Shown: piece after piece, positions 1-12,924 of the stretch
How the letters are laid out: each line of letters begins with the position of its first letter
How positions within the stretch are numbered: the first letter of the stretch is position 1
Position numbers and translations under genes: made by a program
The notes under the pieces: generated by a model
Databases searched by the model: none
Seen by the model: the letters and a program-made list of their open reading frames with translations, nothing else
What the model was told of the DNA's origin: nothing
Assembly (NCBI GenBank): GCA_964016885.1
Contig: OZ024747.1
Span: 38,812,001-38,876,000, forward strand
DNA from: Eledone cirrhosa
Lineage: Eukaryota
Length of the DNA: 64,000 bases
Reading direction: 5' to 3'

Positions 1-788
1 TATAGAGGAGTAATAGTCGTTAATGTCAAATTGTATAAATTTAGATACTTTTTTGTTAGCTATATTGTTAAACCACTTAATTGTTTCGTTACCCCATAGT
101 CTAATCACTAGTTTATTCTTCATTTGTGTTATCACTCTGTCTAATATATGTTTACTAATTTTCCCGATGTCCGATTTGGACGGGCATATAAGTCTAATTG
201 TGGAGTTATAATCAAAATTTAACTTGTGGTCCTTGAGATTAAATGTGGGGTTACCATTGCATAAGTGGCTCCGTTCTGTCGTCTATTTCTAGGTGTTTGA
301 CTATATTGTGTGCTTCGTTGTTGATGTTTATCAGTGCCGCCTCATTAGTTTGTTTGTATTTCCTATGTAATTCTTTCCTTATGAAACTATTGTATGTATT
401 AACATCCATCGTATACACATTTGAAGTTTTGTCCGCTTTGACAATAATTCCATTGGTAATTCGCAGCTTTTTTAGGAATGTATTTATGTCATTCTGGAGT
501 TAAATTATTCCTCCGCTTTTTGAATTTGATATTCATAATCATCTTCAGTAAGACCTGTTCAAAGGCATCCAGTTGAGAGTTGGTAGGTGGGTTCTCATAC
601 GATTTGAAGCCCTATGTTTCCTAGTTGTATTCCACGGTGCGACCATTACGTCCTTTGTTGAAATGGAAAGTTTTCCATCTAACTCTGCGTGTAAAGTCGT
701 TTGTTCGCTGTATCATCCCGAGGGTATAATCCTTTCTCAAAGGTATAGGAATGTTCTTTAGGGACATACCTATGTAATGCTTTTCCAT
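1..788 (-). pseudogene. Penelope-like element (Naiad-type) ORF, N-terminal/RT part, frameshifted; runs off the window edge
   Basis: Manual minus-strand translation from ATG 788 gives [21 protein letters not shown]...NSQLDAFEQVLLKMIMNIKFKKR. After a frameshift near 500 it continues NLKDHK...IRLICPSKSDIGKIS...SKFIQFDINDYYSSI, collinear with the PLE ORF at 34404 ([43 protein letters not shown]). It is a divergent family. Confidence 0.88.
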
Positions 789-1106
789 AGTAGTACCGTA
801 TGTTTAGGTGGTTGCTCGAGCGATAAGGAGCCTGTAGTTAGGGAAGCAAAAAAATGCTTATTGTGATCCAGTTCGTGGTTAAGAAAGCCAGTTTCATGGA
901 CGGTTTCAAAGTACGGTTAGGGGTAACTCCACAAGTTTGTAAGAATTCCGTTCAATCTTGAAGTATAAAGTATGAAAGAGAAAACACAGGTAAGCATTAA
1001 GAGAAGGATTTTATCCAGATATTTACGACCGTTTCATTGGTAAGTGCAACCTTATATTGCTATACTGCAAATAGCAGCCACTCAATTATAATTGTTGTTC
1101 ACCTCC

Positions 1107-1408
1107 AAATTTTCAAAATAGTGAGTACGTTACTCTTGAAATAGTTCTTAATATATAGAGAATTGTATTCACTAGTATAGAGAGAGAGGAAGAGGAATCA
1201 GAAAGTGAGAGGACAAACATCTCAGTTTGTCACTCTACTTCTTAACTCTTCTCCACCTTCCTCTCTCTATATACTATACCGTTTGTCCCCTCACTTTTTA
1301 ATTCCTCTTCTTCTCTCTCTATACTAGTAAATACAATTAAAAAAAAATGTTTTTCTCTATATATTAAGAACAATTTCAAGAGTAGCTTACTCACTATTTT
1401 GAAAATTT
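1107..1408. repeat. Imperfect inverted repeat (~110-125 bp arms) upstream of the PLE ORF
   Basis: 1107-1218 (aaattttcaaaatagtgagta...gagaggacaaac) is the reverse complement of 1281-1408 (gtttgtcccctcac...tcactattttgaaaattt), with one A-rich insertion. Confidence 0.8.
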
Positions 1409-1575
1409 ATACATCGAAGGTAAAACATTTTCAGCGGGGGAAACCTTTGATTAAAATGAAATATACTTATCCAAGTACACTGAGCAATGTAGTTTCAGAT
1501 TATATATGGGTATGGGGATCTATCTCCAAAACCATAGGAGTAGTTCGTGAACAAACTTGCTATATATATATATAT

Positions 1576-1735
1576 ATAGGAACGAGTAGGACCCTGACGG
1601 CTGAGCTCAAGCCGCTTCGACGGCTAATTCAGGACTCGAAACGGCTTGAGCTCAGCCGTCGGGGTCCTACTCGTTCCTATTACCCACTCTACTACCCTAA
1701 GTATTGAGTACTAGTTCCTTACCACATTTCCTCCG

Positions 1736-1737
<2 letters not shown>
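1576..1737 (+). mobile_element. Tiny fold-back insertion in (TA)n; probable 5'-inverted PLE terminus with the 3' half of a hammerhead
   Basis: 45-bp arms 1576-1620 and 1636-1680 (2 differences), then a ~57-bp unique tail, with (TA)n on both sides. The right arm reads GAAA-CGGCT-tgagctc-AGCCG-TC-GGGGTCC (HHR GAAA, stem III, GUC). Confidence 0.6.
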
Positions 1738-1810
<73 letters not shown>

Positions 1811-1980
1811 TATATAGGGCAGGTAAAATTCCTGATGTTTATGTGTGTGTGTGTGTGTGAAAGAGAGAGTGGAGTGAGTGAGAGAGAGATAAAGATAGAT
1901 AGATACATAGATAGATAGAGAGAGAGAGAGGGGGAGAGAGAGAGAGAGAGATACAGGGAGAGAGAGAGAGAGAGGGGGGA
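1738..1980. repeat. (TA)n, (TG)n, (GA)n/(GATA)n microsatellites
   Basis: Directly visible simple repeats. Confidence 0.95.
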
Positions 1981-3813
1981 TATAGTCCGATTTTGTAAAC
2001 TAACATGTAAGCTTTTAAATAGTTAATGTCAATTCATAGTCTCTCTGAATTGATATAATATTCACATATTCTGAATTACGTTATTTCGGTGTCTTCCTAA
2101 CATGTTATCATAGAGAAGGTTAGTGAAATGTTTTCTTGGACAAACAAAATCATTCTCCTATGAAAAAGAATAAATATTTATCGATTTTATTTTATCAAAG
2201 GAAACTCAGAGACTTACGGTAGAAATATCAAGAATGTAATTAAAATTGAACCACAAGATATCCCTTAAATAAAATAAAAAAACAATTAAAATTGGGTATT
2301 GATTATTTTAAAGAGCAACCTATAAACAACACGTATAATGAATCATCTATCCTTGATATAACCTGTGGAACATTATTTCTAAAAGTAATGAGAACATAGA
2401 ACATCTGCTAAAATATTAATTGATCATGATCACAATGGATTGTTTTTTCCGAACCTAAAAGAAAACCCACACATGCATAAATATCAAATTGGTTTTAAGA
2501 GTGGCTATTGTTTTTTTTTCGTTTATTTCTTTTTACATAAATGGAATGTGAGAAGATATGATAGTATATTACCCCAAAAAAACAAAAAGACTGTCCCTCA
2601 AGAAATACGTTTATTTTCATCTCCAGGATTTGTAAATGTTATTATTTTTATTGTAAATTAATTGCCATTGCCTTTGAACATTAAGTATGTATGTTGTTTA
2701 AAGAATATTATTTGGTATGATGACTGAACAGATTTTACTACAAAAAAGTAAAACAGTTATACGATTGCATAAGAGTTTACATCAAGTTGAATTACAAATT
2801 TCATAAATCTGTTGATGAACTCTTTCCTGGAAACACACACAGAAAACGTTATTTGTACTAGTTAAATCATAGCTTCCAAAGACTTCATTAAATGATATAC
2901 GTGAAATCATAGCTTGCAATATTGATTTGATATATTCTTTACAGAAGAAATTAAAATATTTAGTAGAATATTTGTGTTATAGGACATTGATCATGCCATT
3001 TATTAATGAAAATTCTACTTGAAAATTAACGCAAAAAAGTTCGTTGTGTTCACCATAGATTCATCGAAGATATTTACGTTAAAACTCTGTCCAGCAGACT
3101 CGTTACATTATTTATTGCCATCAGTTATTCACAGCAATCCGTCTCATTATTTTTGGTAAGCATCGACGTCCACATATTCCAGCCGGATACCTTTGAACAG
3201 TTTGAGGATATGTGCAGTTGAGACACTGTACAGTTAAGTTTGTGACTTACTACAGATCCGTAATTGTCCTTGATTTTATACTAATGAGCATAGTGTCTGT
3301 AGACATTTCTAGGGTTATTTTATGTTAGTTATTTTGGCTAACACCTAAACGTCCTTGGCATGGAAGTAGTACAGCGCAGTGTTGCCTGTTGGGATATACG
3401 CTATAGGTAGGGGTGTGCTAGATACGCCAGTGACAGATCGTGAACGCGTTGTGATTTGGAAGACGAAGACGTTCATTGCTAATTTGCAGGACATTGTAAA
3501 ATTAATTTACTTGGTGCCCAATCGTGTCAGCCATTAGCTGAGTTTATTGTAAACAAAGAAAAAATCACCTTTTTTGGTATGGAAGAGTGGATAATCTTCT
3601 ATTGTGCGGCTAATGAGAGGGAATTAATATCGCAGTGGCGATGACAAGGTGAATGAACAGATTTTATATTTTCAGAAAGAACCTACTATCTTGTACAGAT
3701 ATCATAAAATGAAATAAGTTTAGCGAGAAATAAGCCGTCTCCAAGTAAATTATCTCTTTGACTCAGGTGCAAACTTAGGTCAAGCGCCTGGTATCGGACA
3801 TCGAATCATACGT

Positions 3814-3814
<1 letters not shown>

Positions 3815-3859
<45 letters not shown>

Positions 3860-3967
3860 ATGTATGTGTGTATGTGTGTGTGTGTGTGTGTGTTTGTGTT
3901 TGTGTGTGTGTGTGTTTGTATGTGTGTGTGTCTGTGTGTGTGTGTATGTGTGTGTGTGTGTATGTGT

Positions 3968-4032
<65 letters not shown>

Positions 4033-4045
4033 CATATGTGTGTAG
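3815..4045. repeat. (TA)n(TG)n microsatellite
   Basis: Directly visible; explains the YI/CV/HT ORFs. Confidence 0.95.
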
Positions 4046-4067
4046 ATATGCGTATAGTCATATATAT

Positions 4068-4500
4068 GTAACCCAATACAACCTGTGCATGGTCGGTTCA
4101 TTGGTGAAGAAAACCGGCAACCCAGCTTCCTTGGTGAGAGGGGGATTTTGGAAACCTTGCGGGACGAATAACAAAATCTGTCAAATAGAGACCCCTAGTT
4201 TTCATTAAGACATCTCTCTAGGAGAAAGTCAATCTGATATAAAATCTGCGTCTCAGTTAGCATCCAATGATATAGACAAATTGTCTTTCTGGGTAAATGG
4301 TTTCGATATTCAGAGAATACGATTGGCCCCATTTAAATAGTTCAGGCACGGGCATCCTATTGTTGTGTGATATATTTTTGCGATGCATAGAATTGTTGGC
4401 CATAGACATGTCTGTAGCTCGACTAAAAGGTCACGTCTGTAATGCTCATGCTACAATATCAAGCGATGGCCTTACTTGAAATCGTGTTGCAGCCAGCATC
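4068..4500 (+). mobile_element. Degenerate copy of the RTE-derived bipartite non-autonomous element
   Basis: Shares ordered blocks with 10220-10821 (tacaacctgt..catggtcgg, ggcaaccc, cttggtgag, ctaggagaa..ctga, gactaaaa.gtcac, tggcc.tact.gaaa..gcagcca). Confidence 0.7.
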
Positions 4501-4534
4501 ATATATGCATATATATAAGTATATATATATGTAT

Positions 4535-4608
<74 letters not shown>

Positions 4609-4609
4609 C

Positions 4610-4660
<51 letters not shown>

Positions 4661-4664
<4 letters not shown>

Positions 4665-4704
4665 ACGGAATTGACCAGCTCTATCCAGTGGTGAACCTCA
4701 AACC

Positions 4705-4709
<5 letters not shown>
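4661..4709 (+). mobile_element. 49-bp 3'-terminal fragment of the 16036-20200 element, inserted in (TA)n
   Basis: ccttacggaattgaccagctctatccagtggtgaacctcaaacctgaata is close to the reverse complement of 16035-16084 and is flanked by (TA)n on both sides. Confidence 0.8.
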
Positions 4710-4753
<44 letters not shown>

Positions 4754-5322
4754 CTATGTGTGTGTGTGTGTGTGTATTTGTGTGTCAATGCGTGTGATTC
4801 TGTGTCTGTTTATGTATGTGCTAGATTTCGGAGAGCGTGAAAGTCGATTGCTCCAGTTACGAAATACAATTGAAATATACTGATATATTTCAAGAGAATT
4901 GTTTCAAACCATATATCGTAACCATTTCTTAGAACCGGCTTTTCATTTTCGTTTATAAAGAAGCCTATATTAAATAAAAGATATTTTCGAAACAGAAAAT
5001 TCTATATTCTTGAAATAGACATGCGAATATGTTTACAATTTCAACTTCATATATTCTAATCTGGCTATAAGGTGGGTGACAGACTTCTTTTCAAAGTTGT
5101 TTACATCGAGACTATAACTGGAAAAATAATATGTTTAGGATACCAGTGAAAATATTATTACTTATGCATTTATGCACTTATGTTTTCGATGTCGACATGA
5201 GTAAAATTTAAATCACAATATATTGTAATCAGTATTGTAGTTGCCTCAAGGTTGTCCATTTAGATTTCCAGAGAGGCCAATTTATATCTCAATATTTTCA
5301 TTGAATTTTGTACATACGCATG

Positions 5323-5368
<46 letters not shown>

Positions 5369-5503
5369 GTTTGTGTGTGTATGTGTCTCCATGCGTATAG
5401 GTAATTTTTTTAACGATAACTTTGATTAAACTTGGTTTGCCTGTGTTCACACAGCCTTGAGGGAGATAGAAATAGATTTATTAAATCAGTATGCATTCAG
5501 TAA

Positions 5504-5562
<59 letters not shown>

Positions 5563-5620
5563 ATATGTGTGCACAATTTTGTATATCTATACATACTTAT
5601 ATGTATATATATAAATGCAA

Positions 5621-5708
<88 letters not shown>

Positions 5709-6394
5709 ATGTATATATACGTACTCTAATATAGTATTAAAAACAATATCATACACACGAGCAGAACACCGCATATTTATTAAAATCAATATATATTTAT
5801 ATATGTTCCTGTAGATACAGTACTATGTTAGTAAGAAAACAATGAGTTTTTAAACACCCATGTCGGCCCTGATTGATTTAGTAGTGTATACATATATAAA
5901 GCACAGTGTAGTTTAACAATAAATATTCCTACTGTTATTATTATTATTATACACATATGCAGGCACATGCACATACACGCCCACATTTGTTTGCAATTCC
6001 AAGTCTTAACGGACTGATAAATCTATTCATATATATCCCAGAAAGATGATCACAGTAGTGATGGAAGCAGAAAATGCATCATTATGGATAATTGGAAGGA
6101 GCAATCTAAGGAAGGACAAAAGTTTGAACAAGGAATAAATCCCCTGTGATGAACAAAAGAAATATTTTATATTGGAATGGATTTGTTACAGCAGCCCTCC
6201 CGCGGGTGTGATTGCTACATGAATAACGACAGCAGAAACGTCTGATATATATTCTAGGCCAATAAATCCCGGATATTCCATTAGCTTTGTACCAATATTG
6301 CCAGGAGGAAACGTAATTATTAAGATATCACATCGAAAGCAAATGAATGGAATCGATCGCAGTACAGACTCTATTTAGAACATTATCAATTATC

Positions 6395-6890
6395 ATAATG
6401 ATTTCTGATCTAGGCACAATATAAGTAATTTGTAGGGAAGGGAAATCAGATTAAATTGACCCCAGTGCATTACTGGTACTTTATTTTATCGAACCCGTAA
6501 GGATGAAAGGTAAACGTAAGAAATATAATAATTGTTTCTACTTTTGGAAGAATGCCAGCAATTATCCTAATGCATTACTGGTACTTTTATCGACCCCGTA
6601 AGGATGAAAGGCAAAGTTAATCTCGGCGGGATTTGAACTCAGAATGGCAAGGGTCGTAACTCTATGCATAAAAGCATGGCGTCCGAGCCTCTACCGATAC
6701 TGCCAATTCATTGGTTTCTGGTTTAGGTACAAGGCTTTGTGGGAGGAGAGAGTCGATTAAATCAACCACAGTACATTACCGGTAATTCATTTTTTCGACC
6801 CCAAAATGATGAAAAGCAAAGCTAATAATAAAAATAATGGATTCTCATTTAGGTACAAGGTTAACAATTTGGTGGGAGGGGAACATCATG
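6395..6890 (-). mobile_element. Cluster of tRNA-derived SINE copies (one near full-length at ~6530-6710, plus partial copies)
   Basis: Reverse complements of the A-box-like TGGCAGTATCGG, the B-box GAGTTCAAATCC and the core CTTTGCCTTTCATCCTTACGGGGTCGATAAAA..AGTACCAGT. Confidence 0.85.
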
Positions 6891-7525
6891 AAAGAGAGTT
6901 GACATAATATAAGAATAATTGAGAAGTATCTAATAAAAATGACACTATTAAATAGAACAAAAAAAAAGAAAGAAAAAAGTAAGAAAAAATTAAAAATGTA
7001 AATGAAAAGAAATAAATAGGACCAAGCAACCAAGATAGGGAGATGAAAAGAGATAGCCACTTGACCACAGTCAGAATAGTACCTCAACCACACATCGCGG
7101 ACTGGTCAACTGAAACCATATTATTATAAACATTCCAGAAATTCTATTTTTTGTGTCAATTAATAATTGAAGAAATGGCAAACAAACTCGTCAAACTCGT
7201 GAAATCTTGGAATTTATTTTTCAACACATACAATGATCAGAATTTTTTCGAATGTTACTCTTTCGCTTTCACATATATACTTATTTTGAATTAATCAAAT
7301 ATTTATTTCCTTATCTATATTCATATGGTTGACATATATTGTGTACTTAACGCCATCTCTATCATTAATGTGACATAAACATCCGTTTTATTTATGTGAT
7401 ACCTGATATATCAATCGATATCTACACATGAAGGGTATGACGATGTTAGACATCTTTATCTCTGTTTACCATTATACACACACATAAACACACACACACA
7501 CACACGCTCTCTCACACACACACTG

Positions 7526-8845
7526 TTTGTAAGTTTTCCATCCGTATTGCAATCCTTATTTGCTTAATGTACATCCCAAGATCTTTACTTACAGTGTCCA
7601 TGACCTCAACTATTACTGGTATTATTACGAACACCTTTTCACAGGCTAATCTGTCATATCTATCATTATTTATCCTTCCTTATCGCATACCTTGTTATCA
7701 GCTGGACAGGCTATATATATGACGCAATACTGTTTGCTGTGTTTCAAAATTAATACATTACCCAGTCTCCTATGCTCAACATCATGCTCACATTGTATCG
7801 CAAAATCCCACAGGATCTTTGCATCAACATTTTTAATAACGCCCCCAGGGTTATGTTTGTACTAATGTTTCTGCTCTGTCAAGGGCAGAAATTCTTTATC
7901 CTATGTTTAATGTAATTAATTGTGCTTGTTCTTGAGCAACACATATTCAGGCTTCTGTTTCCGCTTTCCGCTTAATTTTAGCCATCCATAAGTAGCTATT
8001 TTCTCGGTCTGTCCTATCTTCAATATCTCTATGGAATTATAGGGTGGTGGATTGGCAGTATCGGTAGAGGGTCGGACACCATGCTTTGTAACATAGAGTT
8101 ACAGTCCTTTATGATCTGAGTTCAAATCCCGCCCAGGTTAACTTTGCCTTTCATCCTTATGGGGTCGATAAAATAAAGTACCAGTCACGCACTGGGGTCA
8201 ATTCCCCTATCCCAAAATTGCTGGCCTTGTGTCTATATAAGAAAGCAATATCTCTATGGAATTATCCATACATTCATATTTTACTGTCCATCTGTTTTCA
8301 GTTTCATTCATCTTCAAATTCATGTACCATGCTTTTTCTTCGCAATCTTCTATTTTGCACAGCCCTGACCTTCTTACTTCCAGCAACAGCAGATATATGG
8401 AATGATTTATGTACCACGCCATATTATTTTTTTCTGTTCTAATGCTGTCTTCGCACCCCATCAGTTCTCTTCCTCCGCTTTTACTTGATACATATAATCT
8501 GTCTCTGTCACTCTTTGGGTGAAATACCCCATAACTAGACAATGTCTTTGTTGTCTTTCTGTCTAAGCTGTTTAGCTCTTCCACTGTCCAATTGATACCC
8601 CATGCTCCATATCTAAGATGTGATACCGCACATGCATTGCAACATTCCATGTTATTGCGTCCAATCAGTTTCATCTTGAGAATAAGCCTCAGTCCACGCA
8701 TGTATTCCGTCTTAAATTTCCCTTTCATTCCCTTTTGCATTATCTTATCAACTTCAAATATCCCTAAGTACGTATAACATTTATCTTCTATTTACTTCAT
8801 AACCTTTCCTGTTGGAATCATTAACACCTCAATGCTTTTAATTTT
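7526..8845 (-). pseudogene. Degenerate 3' part of an R4/Dong-like (RLE-bearing) non-LTR retrotransposon, interrupted by a SINE
   Basis: ORF 8207-8740 contains LRYGA..INWTVEELNSLDRKT..GVFHPKSDRDRLYV..SGGRELM, typical of the post-RT region of R4/Dong elements. Downstream manual translation gives AKILWDFA (~7800-7823), typical of the RLE region. Confidence 0.75.
8041..8245 (+). mobile_element. tRNA-derived SINE
   Basis: ggattggcagtatcggtagag...ctgagttcaaatccc...ctttgcctttcatccttatggggtcgataaaataaagtaccagt...ggccttgtg. Confidence 0.9.
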
Positions 8846-8927
8846 GCATCTCACCTCATGGCATTATATTTTATAAAATATATCGTACTACACCACATAG
8901 TACTTTCCATATATAATAATATAATAT

Positions 8928-9110
8928 AATTGTTTCTACTTTTGGCACAAGGCCAGCAAATACCCAGTCTATTACTGGTACTTTATTTTATCGACCCCGT
9001 AAGGATGAAAGACAAAGTTAACCTCGGCGGGATTTGAACTCAGATCATAAAGGGACGCAAACCTATGCTTCAAAGCATGGTGTCCGACTCTCTACCGATA
9101 CTGCCAATCC
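8928..9110 (-). mobile_element. tRNA-derived SINE
   Basis: Full-length reverse complement of the same consensus. Confidence 0.9.
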
Positions 9111-9499
9111 ATATGATATAATATAATATTCAATGACCTCTAGATTCAATAATAGCTGCGTATTTAATTTAACTTGAACTTTAGAAATACCTTCAAATAT
9201 ACACCTATATGTTCCACTTATGTTTGTCTATGTGTAACCCCTCTCTCATAATTTATAGCGCCACGGAGGCAACATATACTATGTAATATGATACCTATAT
9301 ATCTATCATCACATTTCCATCAGTATGTGGGCGTTCGGGAGGTGTGTCAATCCATCGACCGGTGGCGTGTGGTCCTACGAGTAACGCGTTGTTCACACTA
9401 AATTCGGCTATGGATCTAGTGTGAATTTTGAAGATAGTGTATGCAATATATATATATATATATATATAGAAGTGGTTACACAACAGTTAGTTCACCGTA

Positions 9500-9539
9500 C
9501 CGAGAAAAATTGTTTCACCTTCGCGGATCTTCAGCTCGG
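9500..9539 (-). ncRNA. Minimal type I hammerhead ribozyme (stem III palindrome mutated)
   Basis: Minus strand: CCGAG-CUGAAGA-uCCgcgaaGGu-GAAA-CAAUUU-UU-CUCGG. Confidence 0.65.
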
Positions 9540-9903
9540 GATGTTTATGGTTATAGGAACAGGAAGGACAACCGTACGAACGCGCATGCGCAGAAACTCG
9601 ATCACTTCGCACGGGCAATACTAGACTGCGTGCGGGAGGTTTAAGGGAGATAACTGCGAAAGTCCGGAAAGTTTTTAGGTGGGAAATAAAATTTAAAAAA
9701 TTAAAAATAAAATTACAAAGAATCAGTCCGGAGTCTTGTAGTTATGCAATAGATGTTTGGTAACCCAAAAAGTTTCCTGACTTTCGCAGTTATCTCCCTT
9801 ACACCTCCCGCACACAGTCTAGTATTGCCTGTGTGAAGTGACCAAGTTTCTGCGCATGCGCGTTCGTACGGTTGTCCTTCCTGTTCCTATAACCATACAC
9901 ATC

Positions 9904-9943
9904 CCGAGCTGAAGATCCGCGAAGGTGAAACAATTGTTCTCGG
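9904..9943 (+). ncRNA. Minimal type I hammerhead ribozyme
   Basis: CCGAG-CUGAAGA-uCCgcgaaGGu-GAAA-CAAUUG-UU-CUCGG: 5-bp stem I, intact core, palindromic ACAAUUGU stem III, GUU cleavage triplet. Confidence 0.8.
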
Positions 9944-10044
9944 TATGGTGAACTAACTGTTGTGTAACCACTTCTACCTAACTCGTCCCTTGGACTGAGT
10001 GCTCTACCACTACGGATATTAACTTCCAGTATTCCACCACTATA

Positions 10045-10084
<40 letters not shown>

Positions 10085-10094
10085 TATGTAAATG

Positions 10095-10821
<727 letters not shown>

Positions 10822-11151
10822 TATATATGTATATATATGTATATATATGTATATATATGTATATATATGTATATATATATATGTCTGTATATATATATAT
10901 ATATACTAGTATTTCAGTATACATATATGGATGTACATTTTTAACTTAATTGTTTAAGCGTCAGTCATACAAAAGTGAGTTACAAACGAAACGAAATTTA
11001 ATTTCGTTTCGTTATTTGTTTTTATCGTCTCCGTTGAACCGGTACGTACTCACACTCTATGCAAATTAGTCTGCCCACTACTAATTTTCATAGAAAAAGC
11101 ATATAACGATATGTGCTTTTACGATTCTCCAGAAAGGCCGGTAGATAGGTA

Positions 11152-11196
11152 AATATTGCTGATGAGTTGTAACAACAACGAAACTAGTTCAATATT
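11152..11196 (+). ncRNA. Type I hammerhead ribozyme (unit 1)
   Basis: AAUAUUG-CUGAUGA-GUUG-uaacaa-CAAC-GAAA-CUAG-UU-CAAUAUU; stem I extends via UUCUCCAGAAAG/CUUUCUGGAGAA. Confidence 0.9.
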
Positions 11197-11616
11197 CCTT
11201 GTCTGGCTTTCTGGAGAATAGAGGAAAGGTGTTTCCTCAAAAACCAGTATGACTCTAAAAACCGGTTTGTCTGTGTGTTTACATACAGAATAGCTGGATA
11301 CTCACAGTAAAGTAACCAGTGAAAGACTTGGTACATCTATATATGTATACGTGTGTGTATTCATATGCATACTAGTATTTCAGTATACATATATGGATGT
11401 ACATTTTTAACTTAATTGTTTAAGCGTCAGTCATACAAAAGTGAGTTACAAACGAAACGAAATTTATTTTCGTTTCGTTATTGGTTTTATCGTCTCCGTT
11501 GAACCGGTACGTACTCACACTCTATGCAAATTAGTCTGCCCACTACTAATTTTCATAGAAAAAGCATATAACGATATGTGCTTTTACGATTCTCCAGAAA
11601 GGCCGGTAGATAGGTA

Positions 11617-11661
11617 AATATTGCTGATGAGTTGTAACAACAACGAAACTAGTTCAATATT
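11617..11661 (+). ncRNA. Type I hammerhead ribozyme (unit 2)
   Basis: Same sequence as unit 1. Confidence 0.9.
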
Positions 11662-12082
11662 CCTTGTCTGGCTTTCTGGAGAATAGAGGAAAGGTGCTTC
11701 CTCAAAAACCAGTATGACTCTAAAAACCGGTTTGTCTGTGTGTTTACATACAGAATAGCTGGATACTCACAGTAAAGTAACCAGTGAAAGACTTGGTACA
11801 TCTATATATGTATACGTGTGTGTATTCATAAGCATACTAGTATTTCAGTATACCTATATGGATGTACATTTTTAACTTAATTGTTTAAGCGTCAGTCATA
11901 CAAAAGTGAGTTACAAACGAAACGAAATTTAATTTCGTTTCGTTATTTGTTTTTATCGTCTCCGTTGAACCGGTACGTACTCACACTCTATGCAAATTAG
12001 TCTGCCCACTACTAATTTTCATAGAAAAAGCATATAACGATATGTGCTTTTACGATTCTCCAGAAAGGCCGGTAGATAGGTA

Positions 12083-12127
12083 AATATTGCTGATGAGTTG
12101 TAACAACAACGAAACTAGTTCAATATT
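12083..12127 (+). ncRNA. Type I hammerhead ribozyme (unit 3)
   Basis: Same sequence as unit 1. Confidence 0.9.
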
Positions 12128-12548
12128 CCTTGCCTGGCTTTCTGGAGAATAGAGGAAAGGTGTTTCCTCAAAAACCAGTATGACTCTAAAAACCGGTTTG
12201 TCTGTGTGTTTACATACAGAATAGCTGGATACTCACAGTAAAGTAACCAGTGAAAGACTTGGTACATCTATATATGTATACGTGTGTGTATTCATATGCA
12301 TACTAGTATTTCAGTATACATATATGGATGTACATTTTTAACTTAATTGTTTAAGCGTCAGTCATACAAAAGTGAGTTACAAACGAAACGAAATTTAATT
12401 TCGTTTCGTTATTTGTTTTTATCGTCTCCGTTGAACCGGTACGTACTCACACTCTATGCAAATTAGTCTGCCCACTACTAATTTTCATAGAAAAAGCATA
12501 TAACGATATGTGCTTTTACGATTCTCCAGAAAGGCCGGTAGATAGGTA

Positions 12549-12593
12549 AATATTGCTGATGAGTTGTAACAACAACGAAACTAGTTCAATATT
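12549..12593 (+). ncRNA. Type I hammerhead ribozyme (unit 4)
   Basis: Same sequence as unit 1. Confidence 0.9.
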
Positions 12594-12885
12594 CCTTGTC
12601 TGGCTTTCTGGTGAATAGAGGAAAGGTGTTTCCTCAAAAACCAGTATGACTCTAAAAACCGGTTTGTCTGTGTGTTTACATACAAAATAGCTGGATACTC
12701 ACAGTAAAGTAACCAGTGAAAGACTTGGTACATCTATATATGTATACGTGTGTGTATTCATATGCATACTAGTATTTCAGTATACATATATGGATGTACA
12801 TTTTTAACTTAATTGTTTAAGCATCAGTCATACAAAAGTGAGTTACAAACGAAACGAAATTTAATTTCGTTTCGTTATTTGTTTT

Positions 12886-12924
<39 letters not shown>

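Larger units (their letters stand above)
9469..10040 (+). mobile_element. Non-coding fold-back PLE-like insertion with a hammerhead in each arm
   Basis: ~205-bp inverted arms 9469-9676 and 9767-9975, a ~90-bp spacer and a ~65-bp unique tail, with (TA)n on both sides. Confidence 0.8.
10905..12887 (+). repeat. Tandem array of a 466-bp unit (~4.25 copies) with one hammerhead per unit; retrozyme-like
   Basis: Units start at 10905, 11371, 11836, 12302 and 12768 (spacings 466/465/466/466). They are nearly identical, have no ORF in the track, and the array is flanked by (TA)n. Confidence 0.95.

Noticed and set aside
1010-1040. GAAACGGTCGTA on the minus strand upstream of the first PLE ORF, like an HHR 3' half
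   Set aside because: No CUGANGA core or stem I partner found upstream, so it is not called as a ribozyme.
6140-6300. Faint resemblance (W.G..CY..PPAGV.A) to a class B GPCR ectodomain
   Set aside because: Requires frameshifts and crosses stops, with no splice support; compatible with chance.
8041-8135. tRNA gene-like A/B boxes
   Set aside because: This is the head of a multi-copy SINE followed by its core domain; no convincing cloverleaf.
10905-12887. Possible CRISPR-like array
   Set aside because: Units are 466-bp identical repeats with no unique spacers, there are no cas genes, and the context is eukaryotic.
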